A DNA stretch of 63,336 bases, the filler included, from Octopus bimaculoides (lineage: Eukaryota), in the NCBI RefSeq assembly GCF_001194135.2. It is 7 parts of 6 records of this genome, joined end to end, with 100 filler letters (N's around TTAATTAATTAA, not from the genome) between each part and the next. Parts side by side here need not be neighbours in the genome. Positions count along the whole stretch, not along the records: positions 12,149 to 18,507 come from NC_068991.1; positions 18,608 to 23,290 come from NC_068991.1; positions 23,391 to 33,356 come from NC_068986.1; 4 more parts are not named here. One strand, 5' to 3'. The number at the start of each line of letters is the position of its first letter. The stretch's first letter is position 1. The position numbers were made by a program, and so were the translations under genes. Of the stretch, positions 12,049 to 24,128 are shown piece by piece. The notes under the pieces were generated by a model. It did no database searches, had not been told where the DNA came from, and was given only the letters and a program-made list of their open reading frames with translations.

Positions 12049-12148
12049 NNNNNNNNNNNNNNNNNNNNNNNNNNNNNNNNNNNNNNNNNNNNTTAATTAA
12101 TTAANNNNNNNNNNNNNNNNNNNNNNNNNNNNNNNNNNNNNNNNNNNN

Positions 12149-12193
<45 letters not shown>

Positions 12194-12198
12194 CATAT

Positions 12199-12364
12199 AT
12201 ACGACGGGCTTCTTTCAGTTTTCTGTCTACCAAATCCACTCTCAAAGCTTTGGTCGGCCCGAGGCTATAGTAGATGACACTTGCCCAAGGTCCCACGCAG
12301 TGGGATTGAACCCGGAACCATGTGGTTGGTAAGCAAACTACTTACTACACAGACACTCCTGCGC
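12199..12364 (-). mobile_element. tRNA-derived SINE, family 2 (Deu/Nin-like central domain), 5' half
   Basis: Pol III A/B-box-like head (GGTTCAATCCC) followed by GAGTGGATTTGGTAGACAGAAAACTGAAAGAAGCCCGTCG, then (TA)n. Homologous to 57881 and 62789. Confidence 0.85.
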
Positions 12365-12554
12365 TTATAATTATGTTATTTTATTTCATTTTACTTATTT
12401 ATTTTCAATTGAATAAATTTTTGCTTATTTAAGAATTGAAATTACGTGGAATAGAAAAAAAAACCTGTGATTTGGCTGCTATTTCTAGCATGTGGAGAGA
12501 CCTTCTAGGCCGAAATTCATGCATTGGTTGAAAATCACCTACGCATATGAACGA

Positions 12555-12680
12555 CCAAGAAACGCTTAGTTTTAGAATGGTGGCAGCTGATGAAGGAAAT
12601 GTTCTCTATGTGGCCTGTGTGTTTTCTGTACTCTATCATTTTGTCCACGTTTTTTTTTTTGCAGAGTCCTGTACCCAGAT
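12555..12680 (+). repeat. Interspersed repeat (TCCTGTACCC family), copy 2
   Basis: GAAACGC..AGT...CTGATGAAGG..., ending in GTCCTGTACCC. Confidence 0.55.
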
Positions 12681-15600
12681 ATGCATCTATATATACATGT
12701 AGATGTAGGTATGTACATACATGTACGTATATATGCATATACTCATTTATTATTTGTATTAACAACATCTGGAATATCGGCGTGGATGTGCGAGGAGAGT
12801 AGGAGCGATTGTTTGTTTTTTTAATTTTTGTAATTGAAATTTTTAGAAAAAAATTGCGTATTTCTCAACACGAAATACTAAAAAGCTCTTGTNNNNNNNN
12901 NNNNNNNNNNNNNNNNNNNNNNNNNNNNNNNNNNNNNNNNNNNNNNNNNNNNNNNNNNNNNNNNNNNNNNNNNNNNNNNNNNNNNNNNNNNNNNNNNNNN
13001 NNNNNNNNNNNNNNNNNNNNNNNNNNNNNNNNNNNNNNNNNNNNNNNNNNNNNNNNNNNNNNNNNNNNNNNNNNNNNNNNNNNNNNNNNNNNNNNNNNNN
13101 NNNNNNNNNNNNNNNNNNNNNNNNNNNNNNNNNNNNNNNNNNNNNNNNNNNNNNNNNNNNNNNNNNNNNNNNNNNNNNNNNNNNNNNNNNNNNNNNNNNN
13201 NNNNNNNNNNNNNNNNNNNNNNNNNNNNNNNNNNNNNNNNNNNNNNNNNNNNNNNNNNNNNNNNNNNNNNNNNNNNNNNNNNNNNNNNNNNNNNNNNNNN
13301 NNNNNNNNNNNNNNNNNNNNNNNNNNNNNNNNNNNNNNNNNNNNNNNNNNNNNNNNNNNNNNNNNNNNNNNNNNNNNNNNNNNNNNNNNNNNNNNNNNNN
13401 NNNNNNNNNNNNNNNNNNNNNNNNNNNNNNNNNNNNNNNNNTCTCCTCACCCACCCTGTTCGCGAGCGCGCATTTTTTTTTTTCATATTTGTTCACAGCA
13501 ACTTGTTTTACACCTGTTAAAATTTAAAAATTTTTTTATTTCCCACCGGGTCAAACGCTTTAGTTTGACCACTTCGACATCTGGCATGTGGTACACTATG
13601 CATGACCTGATCAGTCAACGTCGATTTGATGGAGGGAGTGAGCTAACAAACATCACATACATTTAATCTCTGTGATAGTGAACTCCAGTAAATTTACCTG
13701 TTTACTTAGCAACATCAACTATCACTGACCCAATCAACAATCAAAAGGTGAACACTCGTACGTAGTCTTCGACAGGAGAGTCAATTATTGTCACTGTGTC
13801 CGTGTGTTGGTGTTGGTGTTATAGTAATAATCGCACTAGAGGTGGTAGCTACTGGTATTTTAAGTTAGTAACAATAACATATGTTAAATTCTAACCGTAT
13901 TCCGACTGACAGATACTCTCACGCTCTGATTTTTCGGGGGCACATAAGCAAGTTAACACTGGCGCCAGGAATAGTTGAGAAAGGATGGTAGAGATAAATA
14001 GTAGACGCCGCCAAACGACTAAAGTTATTGTGACAACCATTTCTGGTTGTGCTGCTATCATGGTTAAAAGCGGGCGTTAAAATCAAACGTATATATGTAT
14101 ATGTCGAGAGTCGGGTAAGGAATAGATGTGAAACTTATATCTGTAAATTGCAGCTATCGACCTCGTTCATCGGAATTTGGGTTTTTTTCTGATGAGATGG
14201 AACGAAGTTCTAATATATATACATGTAAAGAGATATATGTGTAAGCAAATATTTTTTACGAAGAAATATACTTTTTTATCTTTTCATCTTTCCTCCAGTT
14301 AGTAGAGAGAGAGAGTAAAGCCTCGAGAGACTGCTACTTCCGCCCACTTATCGGTCAGAATATGCATATATCCGACTCTCATTCTAATCATAGCAAATGA
14401 CATTTAGTCACATTTAATTTTACATGAGGTGAGGAGAGGGGCAAGATGTGGTAATTTTACTGCATTTTTTTTTTTTTGAGACAAACTATATTTTCTACAA
14501 ATATTCACCACCTTACAATAACTATACCAGCCATCCTTATCAACGATGTACTCGAGAAAATGAAGGGAAGCAACTCCGAACGAACACTTGCTGGGGTTGA
14601 TAACAACACCGTATTTGCGGTGGCGTTCGAATAGCAGGTGTAGGTGTTGGTCATGTTCTTCGTCCGAGCTACTGGCCACAAGTATGTCGTCTATGTAGGC
14701 ATAGACGAAAGGCAAACCTCTAGTTACCATGTCGATAAACCTTTGGAATGTCTGTGCCGCATTGCATAGACCGAAAGGCATACGCAGGAATTCAAACATT
14801 CCGAAGGGTGTCGTAACTACTGTTTTGTGTATGTCCGCAGGTTCCACTGGGATTTGGTTGTAAGCTCGCACAAGGTCGATCTTGGAAAAGACGCGAGCTC
14901 CATGCAGCGAGCTAGAAAAATCTTGCGAATAGGGGACTAGATATGCATCAGACAGTACTTTTATTCAGTGATCGGTAATCACTGCAAACTCGCCAATCGG
15001 TCGTTGATTTTTTGGGGACGCAGTGTATTGGCGAGGACCAGTTGCTGCTGGACGGGCGGATGATTCCAAGGTCGAGCATGTGCTGGAATTCCTGTTTGAC
15101 GGCCTTGAGACGATCAGGTGGTAACCTTCTGAGTCTTGCAGCAACAGGTGGACCGCTGGTTATGATGTGGTGGGTGACTTCGTGCTTGATCGGCTGGTTG
15201 TGGAATACTGGTCGAGCGACGTCCGGATATTCTTTCAGGATAGCACTGTGGCGAGTTGTTGTCGTTGTGAACAATATTGTTGGGCTGACTGTGGCTATAC
15301 GAGCGGCTATACCGCGCACAGTAAGCTGTGTGGTGCTNNNNNNNNNNTGTAGGAAATCGGCTCATAAGATAGGGGTCGGCAGTTTGGCAATGACAAATAC
15401 CCACTGGAAGGTGCGGCGTAGTCCTAAGTTCAGCGTTAGGGACTGTTCACCGTAAGTTGGAATGGGCGAGTGGTTAACTGCCTGAAGACAGACTGGTGTT
15501 TCTTTTCTTTTTCCTGAAGTACTGGAAACAGGGATGATGCTGACCTCCGCGCCAGTATCAACCAAGAAACGCGTGCCTGTTACACGATCGCAAACGAAAA

Positions 15601-16200
15601 ACAGGCGACTTTGTGGGTGCGAGCCAGGAACTTCCGTCGCATTCACTTCTTGGCTGTGTCGTTTCCCGAACTGGATGAGGAAAACCAGCACGGGATCGTG
15701 CATTTCTGCGCCCGTGTTCCGTACTTTCGGTGGTACCAACACGTGTCATGTGATTTGCGGGTAGCTTCGGGGCTTCGGGATCGTCTACCATATCGATGTG
15801 ATCGGCTGCTGCTTTGACGCTGGATACCACGCGATAGGGCTTGTATCTGGTCTGTCAGGGCCTCTATCTGTGAAGCCCGCTCAGTGACCAATGCACGCAA
15901 GTCGGAAATTTCTGAATCACTGGACGACGAAAGGAAAGGGTTGGTGGAAGGAATCGCTGCCTGGAATGCTATGTCGGTAGGAGATGTGTTCACCTCTGGA
16001 TTCTGATCTGGGAGAGCCATTGTGTTCGCAGGAATTCTCAGTTCTGTTTCGATGTCGGGTGATGTGCAAGCTGTGATTCTTCGACGGGATCACGAAGCGT
16101 AGTGTCAAAATAGAAAATTCAACAGTAGTACAAAAACGTCTTCATTTTCCAAATGCCGTTCGGTTGGTGAAGCTGGTTCCAGGGAAGGCTGCAGTTTGTT

Positions 16201-16213
16201 GACGGTGTCACCA
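16201..16213 (-). promoter_or_regulatory. Primer-binding site, probably tRNA-Trp
   Basis: TGGTGACACCGTC versus the complement of the tRNA-Trp 3' end TGGTGACCCCGAC (2 mismatches; tRNA sequence from recall). Confidence 0.65.
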
Positions 16214-16215
16214 AA

Positions 16216-16366
16216 TATAGTGGTAAGACGTTGTGTATCATGGTAAACAGATGCAAAAAGAATGTGTATGCCTTTGAAATAAAGAAATGAGTGAATCGAT
16301 TCATGATTAAATATAATTTATTCACCGGACTTAATTTGTCGTTGGTACACATAATTCTTAACTACA
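16216..16366 (-). repeat. Putative 5' LTR (151 bp) of the Gypsy element
   Basis: Minus strand begins TGTAGT and ends ACTATA (imperfect inverted termini), contains AATAAA, and lies 2 nt before the PBS. No second LTR is present to confirm the boundaries. Confidence 0.55.
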
Positions 16367-17311
16367 TGCAAAATGTTGACAACTGCTACGAGTTGCTAGA
16401 AATAGAAACAGGGTACATCTGTAGAAGTGATATATCACAAATGAATATATGTTTGTGTGTGCGTGTGTGGGTGTACGTAGTTCATCTGATGCAGTAGTCT
16501 ACCGTGAAACTTTGAACATTGCTCTGGTCTCTGAGAAAAGCTGTCGTGTAGTAGACGTTCCTCGTTTGGCTGTTAGGGCTTTCTCTCCCCTTCTGTCTTG
16601 TTGACCACTGAATTTATAAGAATCGTGGCAGCTAGAAGGACAGACATACTGCAGCAGAGTTTGTACCTAAATAGGTCAGCTCCTGTCCATTTGAACTTCG
16701 CCTGACATGTCTTAGGTCGAAGGTCAAAGGGACATCATCAATCACTTTTTGATAGGACAAAGAAAACCTGTTTTCGCGCCTGTTGATCGTGGTGGTTTGG
16801 ACGACCGAGAATTCTTAGATTCGATTTCGAATCTAGGCTTGGAAAAAGAAGTGTTAATTTTTACTCTGCTGTTCTTTGTCAACAATAATTTGTGGCGGTG
16901 TATTTATCGTTAGTCCCTGGTAATCCTTTTGAATTAAGCACCAGTTATGCACTGGGATTAATATAATTGACTTACTCCTTCCCTCAAAAACCAGGCCTTG
17001 TGCCTATGATAGAAAGGTTTATTAGCTACTGCCAATATGCTTGAATTACATTATTCTACTTGTTTCAGTTGATTGGATTATAGCTAATAAGGGAATCAGG
17101 CCAACAAAATAGTTGAAAGAAAGGGCTTCCAAACAGTTGCTTCATTTCCTAGAAATAGTAGCCAAATTTTCCTCAAATCAAACTCTACCATCATTTAGAA
17201 AATGTGCTACTGAGTACACAGTACATAGAAAATTACCGAAAAATTATTGAACAGATTTTCACCAAATTTGGCAAAAATACTCATCGGGTGAGTGGTTTGA
17301 AACGAGATTAT

Positions 17312-17379
17312 CTAAAACTCTAACCCTAACCCTAACTCTAAAACCTGAACCCTAGCCCTAAAACCTTAAAGCTAAAACC
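17312..17379 (+). repeat. Degenerate telomere-like (CCCTAA)n tract
   Basis: ctaaaactctaaccctaaccctaactctaaaacctgaaccctagccctaaaacc. Confidence 0.75.
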
Positions 17380-18947
17380 AGTACAAACGCACGAACGATG
17401 TCATAAATAACAGTACCGTCTATAGTTGTTGTTGACAAACAACGGCAGTAATTTTATTCAAGGGAAAAGATCCCATTACACCGCCAGAACGTGTTGTTGA
17501 CAAACCACAGCAGTAATTGTTTACACCTCAATAGACGTCAGTGATTGGTTGAAAATACCGAAATACGACAACTTTTAACATGAAATAACTTAGAATATAG
17601 AAACTTTTCTTAACAAGGCTAAGAGAAAAAGATGTTTTATATGACACATTCTACCAGTATCCCAAGTTTGAAAGTGTTTCGTCAGAAAACAAATGGTATC
17701 CACCAAATCAGAAGGACCCTCCCTAAATGCATTAAAAGCATTATAACATAATCTGATCACAATTTCAGAAAAAATTTTGCCGTTCTCTTTGAACATATAA
17801 AAGAGAAATTTGGCTGGGCCTAAATGATTAAGTCAAGATAAGATATATATACCGATTCAGTTCTCCAGAAAATAGACTCGTACGCATCAATATCCATTCT
17901 TAGACATCAGAAAGATCAGAAATGCGAAAAAAAATTTAGATATCTGTGTCGAATAAAAGAGGATCAGGGAATATTATCAAATAAGACATTAGCGTGGGTA
18001 AAAGCTGACATGGAATCCAACAGAGAAAAGGAAATAGATTGTTAAACACCAAAAATTATCCAGATATTTTATTAGCAACCTGAATTACAATCGGGTGAAA
18101 GTTGAGGAAAAATTTCTTGAAAAGAGAAGACCTGCCACCAGTCAATGTTTCAGATTCCCTCAACTTCAACAACAACAACCAACTATGCTGAGCCATTTTT
18201 ACTCCTAAAGATGATGCAACAGTACAAAATGATGATGCAATACTTGCAATGTAATGACTTCAAATAGGTTGGGAGAAAATAAGGAAAAATCAGTCATTTT
18301 GCTCTGGTTACTAATTTTGCCTCCCCACCCCTTTTCTTTCTAGGAAACGCAAATACAAATATATAATAATGATTTATTTAATTGCGCATTTCTTTATTCC
18401 GTCAATGTGGTCTGGCTCAGAAGGCGCGCCAAAGATGAAATTGTTGTTAGATGCGGTTCTACACAAAGAATTGAATGGTCAGATTTTTTGAAGAGATTGA
18501 TAATATTNNNNNNNNNNNNNNNNNNNNNNNNNNNNNNNNNNNNNNNNNNNNTTAATTAATTAANNNNNNNNNNNNNNNNNNNNNNNNNNNNNNNNNNNNN
18601 NNNNNNNATATATATATATATATATATATACACGAAATATACATACACACATAACTAGATAATACATGAAGCCTTTCAGTCGATGGTGACTAAAGGGAAA
18701 ATGTTATCGACTGACAAGAATCTTGTCTTGGAAAAGAGAATAATTCATTTTAATTTTGAAACAAAAAACAGCAATTTTGAGGGAAAGAACAAGTCACTTA
18801 TACCGATCTGTCGGTGAGATAGCAGACTCGTTAACACACCAAACACAATGCTTGGAGATATCTGTTGCGCCTCCATACATTCTGAGATAAAATTCCGCGA
18901 AGATAGACTTTAACTTTCTTCTTTTTCAAAATAAAACGCCTAGATTC

Positions 18948-19485
18948 ACTGGTACTTAATTTATCGACCCCGAAAGGATGAAAGGCAAAGTCGACCTCGG
19001 TGGAATTTGAATTCAGAACGTAAGGACGGACGAAATACCGCTTAGCATTTCGGGCCTTGTGCCTAGAGTAGAAAAGATTATTAACACACGCACTTGAGGC
19101 GGTGAGCTGGCAGAATCGCTAGCATATCGGGCGAAATGCTTAGCGGTATTTCGTCCGTCTTTACGTTCTGAGTTCAAATTCCGCCGAGGTCGACTTTGCC
19201 TTTCATCCTTTTGAGGTCAATAAATTAAGTACCAGTTGCGTACTAGGGTCGATGTAATCGTCTGCCCTCCCCCTCCAAATTTCAATCCTAGTGCCTTTTG
19301 CAGAAGGGATTTCGTCCGTCTTCACGTTCTGAGTTCAAATTCCGCGAGGTCTATTTTGCCTTTCACCCTTTTCGGCTCCATAAAATAAGTACCAGTTGAG
19401 TACTGGAGTCGATGCAACCGACTAGTCCCACCTCCCCAAAATTTCCGGCCTTGTACCTATAGTAGAAAATATTATTAACACACGC
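18948..19485. mobile_element. Cluster of tRNA-derived SINE family 1 copies: 18948-19052 (-), 19097-19308 (+), 19309-19476 (+, 5'-truncated)
   Basis: Head GGCGGTGAGCTGGCAGAATCG, B box GAGTTCAAATTCC, body GTCGACTTTGCCTTTCATCC, tail GTAGAAAAGATTATT. Confidence 0.9.
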
Positions 19486-20130
19486 CTTGGTTCAATTCCA
19501 TTCCTCTATTATTAGTCAATTGGTTAAATAGTCAACTAACTAACCGATTGTTTAATTTGTTTCAACGGTATTTGCAACCTATTCAGTGACTTATTTATCT
19601 ATTTATTTATTTACTGATTTATTTAGGATGTAGAGCTATGATTCACAGAAATGTAGCAGTTATTTCTAGCAAGTTGACGGTTGAGGGGTGATGTTGTGGA
19701 TGATCTTTCGCCGGCGAGTTATGATTTGTATTCTAATGAAGATTAAGGAAAATGATGGCTGTTCTCATTGACTTCATTCTTTGTCACAACAGGAAATTTC
19801 GTTTCTCACCTATACCGTCAATGCCTCTCCCTCTCTCTCTCTCTCTCTCTCTCTTATTTATTTATATCTATTTCTTCCTCTTATTTACTTATTATTATCT
19901 TCACTTCATCCCTTTTTGTATTCATCGCTAATTGAATTACGAAATTAATAAACGAAATAAGAAAAATCGAAATTAATTGCCTGAAAATCAAATTGATAAA
20001 TATAAAGAAAAACAGAGAGATATAAAGAGAGAGCGGGGAGGTAGCGGAATAAAAAAAGGGGGTGGGGAGAAGACAGTAGATAAAGGGAGTAGATAAAGCA
20101 ATTGAGTAAAATATGAAAATAAAGCAAAAT

Positions 20131-20279
20131 AATAGTAGTAGTAGTAGTAGTAGTGGTAGTAGTAGTGGCAGCAGCATCAGCATCTGGAGTAGTTTTTGTG
20201 GTAGAATAAGAATGGCGCAGCAGAAACATTAAAAAGAAAAAAGATGAGGAACAATAACAAGAAGAAGAAGAAGAACAAC

Positions 20280-20321
<42 letters not shown>

Positions 20322-20329
20322 TAATAATA

Positions 20330-20373
<44 letters not shown>

Positions 20374-20638
20374 TATAATAATAGCAAGGAGGTGAAATGA
20401 AGATAATACAATACACGTAGTATTAGTTGTAGTAACAGTAGCAATAGTAGTAGAAATCATGGTGGTAGTAGTGGTAGTAGTAAAAGCAGCAGCAATAATC
20501 GTAGTGTTTGTATTAGTTGTGGTGGTGGTGGTGGTGGTAGTAGTAGTATTAGTAGTAATGGTAGTTGTACAAGTAGCGGAAGAAGTAGAAGATGATGAAG
20601 AAGACAATAGTAATGTTGACGACAACAATTAGATGATA

Positions 20639-20670
<32 letters not shown>

Positions 20671-20715
20671 GGTGTTGGTGTTGGTGGCGACGACGACGAT
20701 GACAATGATGATAGC

Positions 20716-20758
<43 letters not shown>

Positions 20759-20910
20759 TGGAAGACGATGAAGACGAGGAGAAGGAAGAGAAGGAGGGTC
20801 ATGATGACAACGACTATGGCGGTGAGAGCAGCTTCGACGTCCATAGCGACAACGGCAACAACAACTGCAACGCTGACGACGACGACGATGATGATGATGA
20901 TGATGATGAG
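20131..20910. repeat. Compound trinucleotide microsatellite block (AGT, AAT, AAG, GGT, GAT, GAC)
   Basis: Directly visible; it explains the homopolymer-rich ORFs. Confidence 0.95.
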
Positions 20911-21229
20911 AATAAAGAAGAAAAAAGGAAGAAACGGTAAAAAAAAAACGATGTATATAATGAAACGAAGGAACGAATGTACGAATATAGACAGAGTCTA
21001 AGTAACGGGATGTGAAAGAGACAGAACTAAAATGGCTGCTAATATAAAGTAATGTGAAAACAAATTACAATCCTTTTGAAGTAAAACAGTCGAAATATTT
21101 GTGTATTGTATTCTGTTAACTTGGTGGATACAAGCTCACTTAGTGCCAACTAGACTATAGCATAAAGATGGTCGGATGTATAAATGTGTCTCGACCTAGC
21201 TTTTTATCTCTTTCTCTTTCCCTCTCTCG

Positions 21230-21334
21230 TTTTTTTTTCTGCCTGTCTGTCTGTCTGTTTGTCTGTCTGTCTCGCTCTCTCTCTTTCTCACACTCTCTCA
21301 CACACACTCTTTCACATACACACACACACACACT

Positions 21335-21373
<39 letters not shown>

Positions 21374-21463
21374 TCTCACTCTCTCTCTCTCTCTCACACA
21401 CACTCTCTCTCTCTCACACACTCTCATATGTATATGTGTGATGTGTGGATTTTTGTCACCCCT

Positions 21464-21490
<27 letters not shown>
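21230..21490. repeat. Compound (CT)/(CA)/(TCTG)/(ATCT) microsatellites
   Basis: Directly visible. Confidence 0.95.
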
Positions 21491-21504
<14 letters not shown>

Positions 21505-21800
21505 TATTTTAATTCTTACCTTTAGCAAAAGCGGTGTTACTCAGTACCTTCTGTCAATTTTGTGACCTCTCTTAATTTTGCTTTTAGGTTCTGGTTGTTC
21601 AAAATTGTATAATATCTTTATTATAATGACTCTAAATATACTCCTTAATCCTGTAAAACAAATCTGTGTTTTTCCATCTTTTCTCTTTTTGTAAATATCC
21701 AAGCACGTCTATTCTCCGACTACAATATTTTCTATGATAGATCGTTGACCAAACACCATTCAATTTTTTTCTCCGTGCTTTTCTCCTTGTTTTCTCCGTA

Positions 21801-21837
21801 TTCTTTCTGTTGAAGAGCGTAGCTCGAAACGTTAAAG
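21801..21837 (+). ncRNA. Minimal type-I hammerhead-like motif with A6U core
   Basis: TCTTT-CTGTTGA-A-GAGC(GTA)GCTC-GAAA-CGT-T-AAAGA: 5-bp P1, 4-bp P2, palindromic ACGT P3. Confidence 0.55.
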
Positions 21838-21928
21838 ACTTTCTGTATTCCCGAGCGTCAAACTAATACATCCTTTTGTTGTTTACACCACCTGTCCTCG
21901 TCTGTTGTTGTTTTTTTCGTACATTCTC

Positions 21929-21972
<44 letters not shown>

Positions 21973-22337
21973 ACACGTTTCATGACGCCCTGTGCCCACA
22001 TATGCATCTATACATACATACATATATATATACATATATAGCTACTATGGGGCATTCCCTTGAAGGGTTTCGTCGAACAGCTCGATCCCTGCACATATTT
22101 CTAAGCCAGGTACTTATTCTATCGGCCTCTTTAACAGAAGCACTAGATTACGAGCACGTAAACAAACCAAGACCGGTTTTCAAACGGTGTAGGATAACAA
22201 ACGTAAAGACACACACACATACATATACACAGACATATATATATACATACATATTTATAGATACGTATATATATATAGATACATACATACATACACAGAC
22301 ATATATATATATATATATATATGTATACACACACACA

Positions 22338-22430
22338 CGACGGAATTTCATTTACCAAATCCATTCACAGGGATTTGGTTGGCCCAAGACTATTGTAGGG
22401 GACCTTTGTCCAAGCCATGGAGTTACCGAG
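22338..22430 (-). mobile_element. Degraded SINE family 2 fragment
   Basis: acgacgg...ttaccaaatccattcacagggatttggttggccc matches the reverse complement of the family 2 central domain. Confidence 0.65.
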
Positions 22431-22639
22431 TAGGGGTGAAGCCAGAATGATGTGTATGGGAAACAAATTTCTATTCCTGCCCACAGGTACGCAAAAGACA
22501 AACAGAACAAAACAGAGGATTTGCGTGTGTGTATGAGTATGTGTGTATGTGTATATGTTTGTGCGTGTGCTTGTGAGCGCGTGTGTGTATGTGTCGTATG
22601 TCGCATAATTATTTGTTACTATTGCTGACATTTATCATC

Positions 22640-22688
22640 ATCATAATCCTACCCCTCCTGTTCCTTTCTTCCCCCATTATTATTATTA

Positions 22689-22761
<73 letters not shown>

Positions 22762-22793
22762 CATTATCATTAGCATTATTATTATTATCATTA

Positions 22794-22862
<69 letters not shown>

Positions 22863-22908
22863 CATTAGCATTATTATTATTATCATTATATTATTATTAT
22901 TATCATTA

Positions 22909-22959
<51 letters not shown>

Positions 22960-22968
22960 CATTATATC

Positions 22969-23005
<37 letters not shown>
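22640..23005. repeat. (ATT)n microsatellite
   Basis: Directly visible. Confidence 0.97.
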
Positions 23006-23009
<4 letters not shown>

Positions 23010-23559
23010 TTTATCCCTTAGAGTGAGAAGATTTTCTTTTATTTTCATTTGTTTCTCTTTGTCTCCACATTTTAATCTATGTCACTCAATCTTCTTCTTC
23101 CTTCTCCTTCATCATTTATGACAGACCTTGTTTTTCTTTTTTTTCCTCTACTTCCATTCTTTTTGTCTTCAAATTTAATTCAATAGATCTGCCGCCATTT
23201 TATACATTGTGTTTAAGTCACAATTTCGGTGAAGCGTAATTCCAAGCCATTCAAGAATGCAGACTTTAATATATATTTCCCACCTATGATNNNNNNNNNN
23301 NNNNNNNNNNNNNNNNNNNNNNNNNNNNNNNNNNTTAATTAATTAANNNNNNNNNNNNNNNNNNNNNNNNNNNNNNNNNNNNNNNNNNNNATAAACGGAA
23401 TAAAAACGTAACGGATAACAACGAAAACATACGGACAGAGAGACGATACAAAGACAGGAAAAACCAGGATGGATCAACCGTAGCATTCTATTTATCACTT
23501 AATCTTGGAAAATAATTTTTGAAATCACTAGAAATAGGTGGTGTGCACGCGCTTTACCT

Positions 23560-24128
23560 TCGTCCATATTTCATCGACATTGAAATGATGAAAGGCAAAG
23601 TCAACTTCAACGCAATTTCAACTCAGAACATAAAGACAGACAAAATACCGCTAAGCATTTCGCCCGGCGTGCTAACGTTTCTTATTTCCTTATTTCCCAT
23701 AGGGGGCTAAACATAGAGCTGGAAAACAAGGATAGACAAAGGGATTAAGTCCATTAGATCGACTCCAGTGTGCAACTGGTACTTAATTTATCGACCCCGA
23801 AATTATGAAAGGCAAAGTCGACCTCGGCGGAATTTGAACTAATAACGTAAAGACAGACGGGATACCGTTAAGCATTTTGCCCGGCGTGCTAACGATTCTG
23901 CCAGCTCGCCGCCTTTATTCTACTAAGAAATACTGATTTAAAATTTTGGTATAAAACCAGTAATTTCGAGTGAGGGTGTTAGTATACTACATCGACCAAA
24001 ATGCTTAACTGATACTTATTTCATCGAAAGGATGAAAGGCAAAAACGACCTCGGCGCAATGTAAAGACAAACGGTAAACCGCTTAGCATTCTACCCAGCT
24101 TGCTCGCGATTCATCCAGCTCGCCGCCT
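23560..24128 (-). mobile_element. Three head-to-tail SINE family 1 copies with differing 3' tails
   Basis: Recurrent atgaaaggcaaa..gacctcggcg and ccagctcgccgcctt blocks at about 23565-23680, 23682-23914 and 23935-24128. Confidence 0.85.

Larger units (their letters stand above)
14530..16366 (-). mobile_element. Ty3/Gypsy LTR retrotransposon, 3'-truncated (5' LTR, PBS, gag end, protease, RT)
   Basis: Gag knuckle CWYHRKYGTRAQKCTIPC, protease FLVDTGAEVS, RT WSSPIHCVPK..DYRSLN, RMPFGLCNAAQTFQR and YIDDILV. Similarity stops after IVDKDG at about 14530; no RNase H or integrase. Confidence 0.93.

Noticed and set aside
13549-13570. 8-bp hairpin GGTCAAAC/GTTTGACC
   Set aside because: Not a histone stem-loop and not followed by a Helitron CTRR end; short enough to be chance.
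13960-13985. TAACA-C-TGGCGCCAGG resembling an LTR end plus tRNA-Lys PBS
   Set aside because: Only 7 nt match, with no gag-like sequence downstream and no second LTR.
14180-14215. CTGATGA-GATGGAAC-GAAG hammerhead-like words
   Set aside because: GAAG instead of GAAA, and no P1, P3 or cleavage triplet.
16590-16830. Possible minus-strand exon ending at a GTATGT donor
   Set aside because: The frame is short, unrecognised and bounded by stops, with no matching acceptor in frame.
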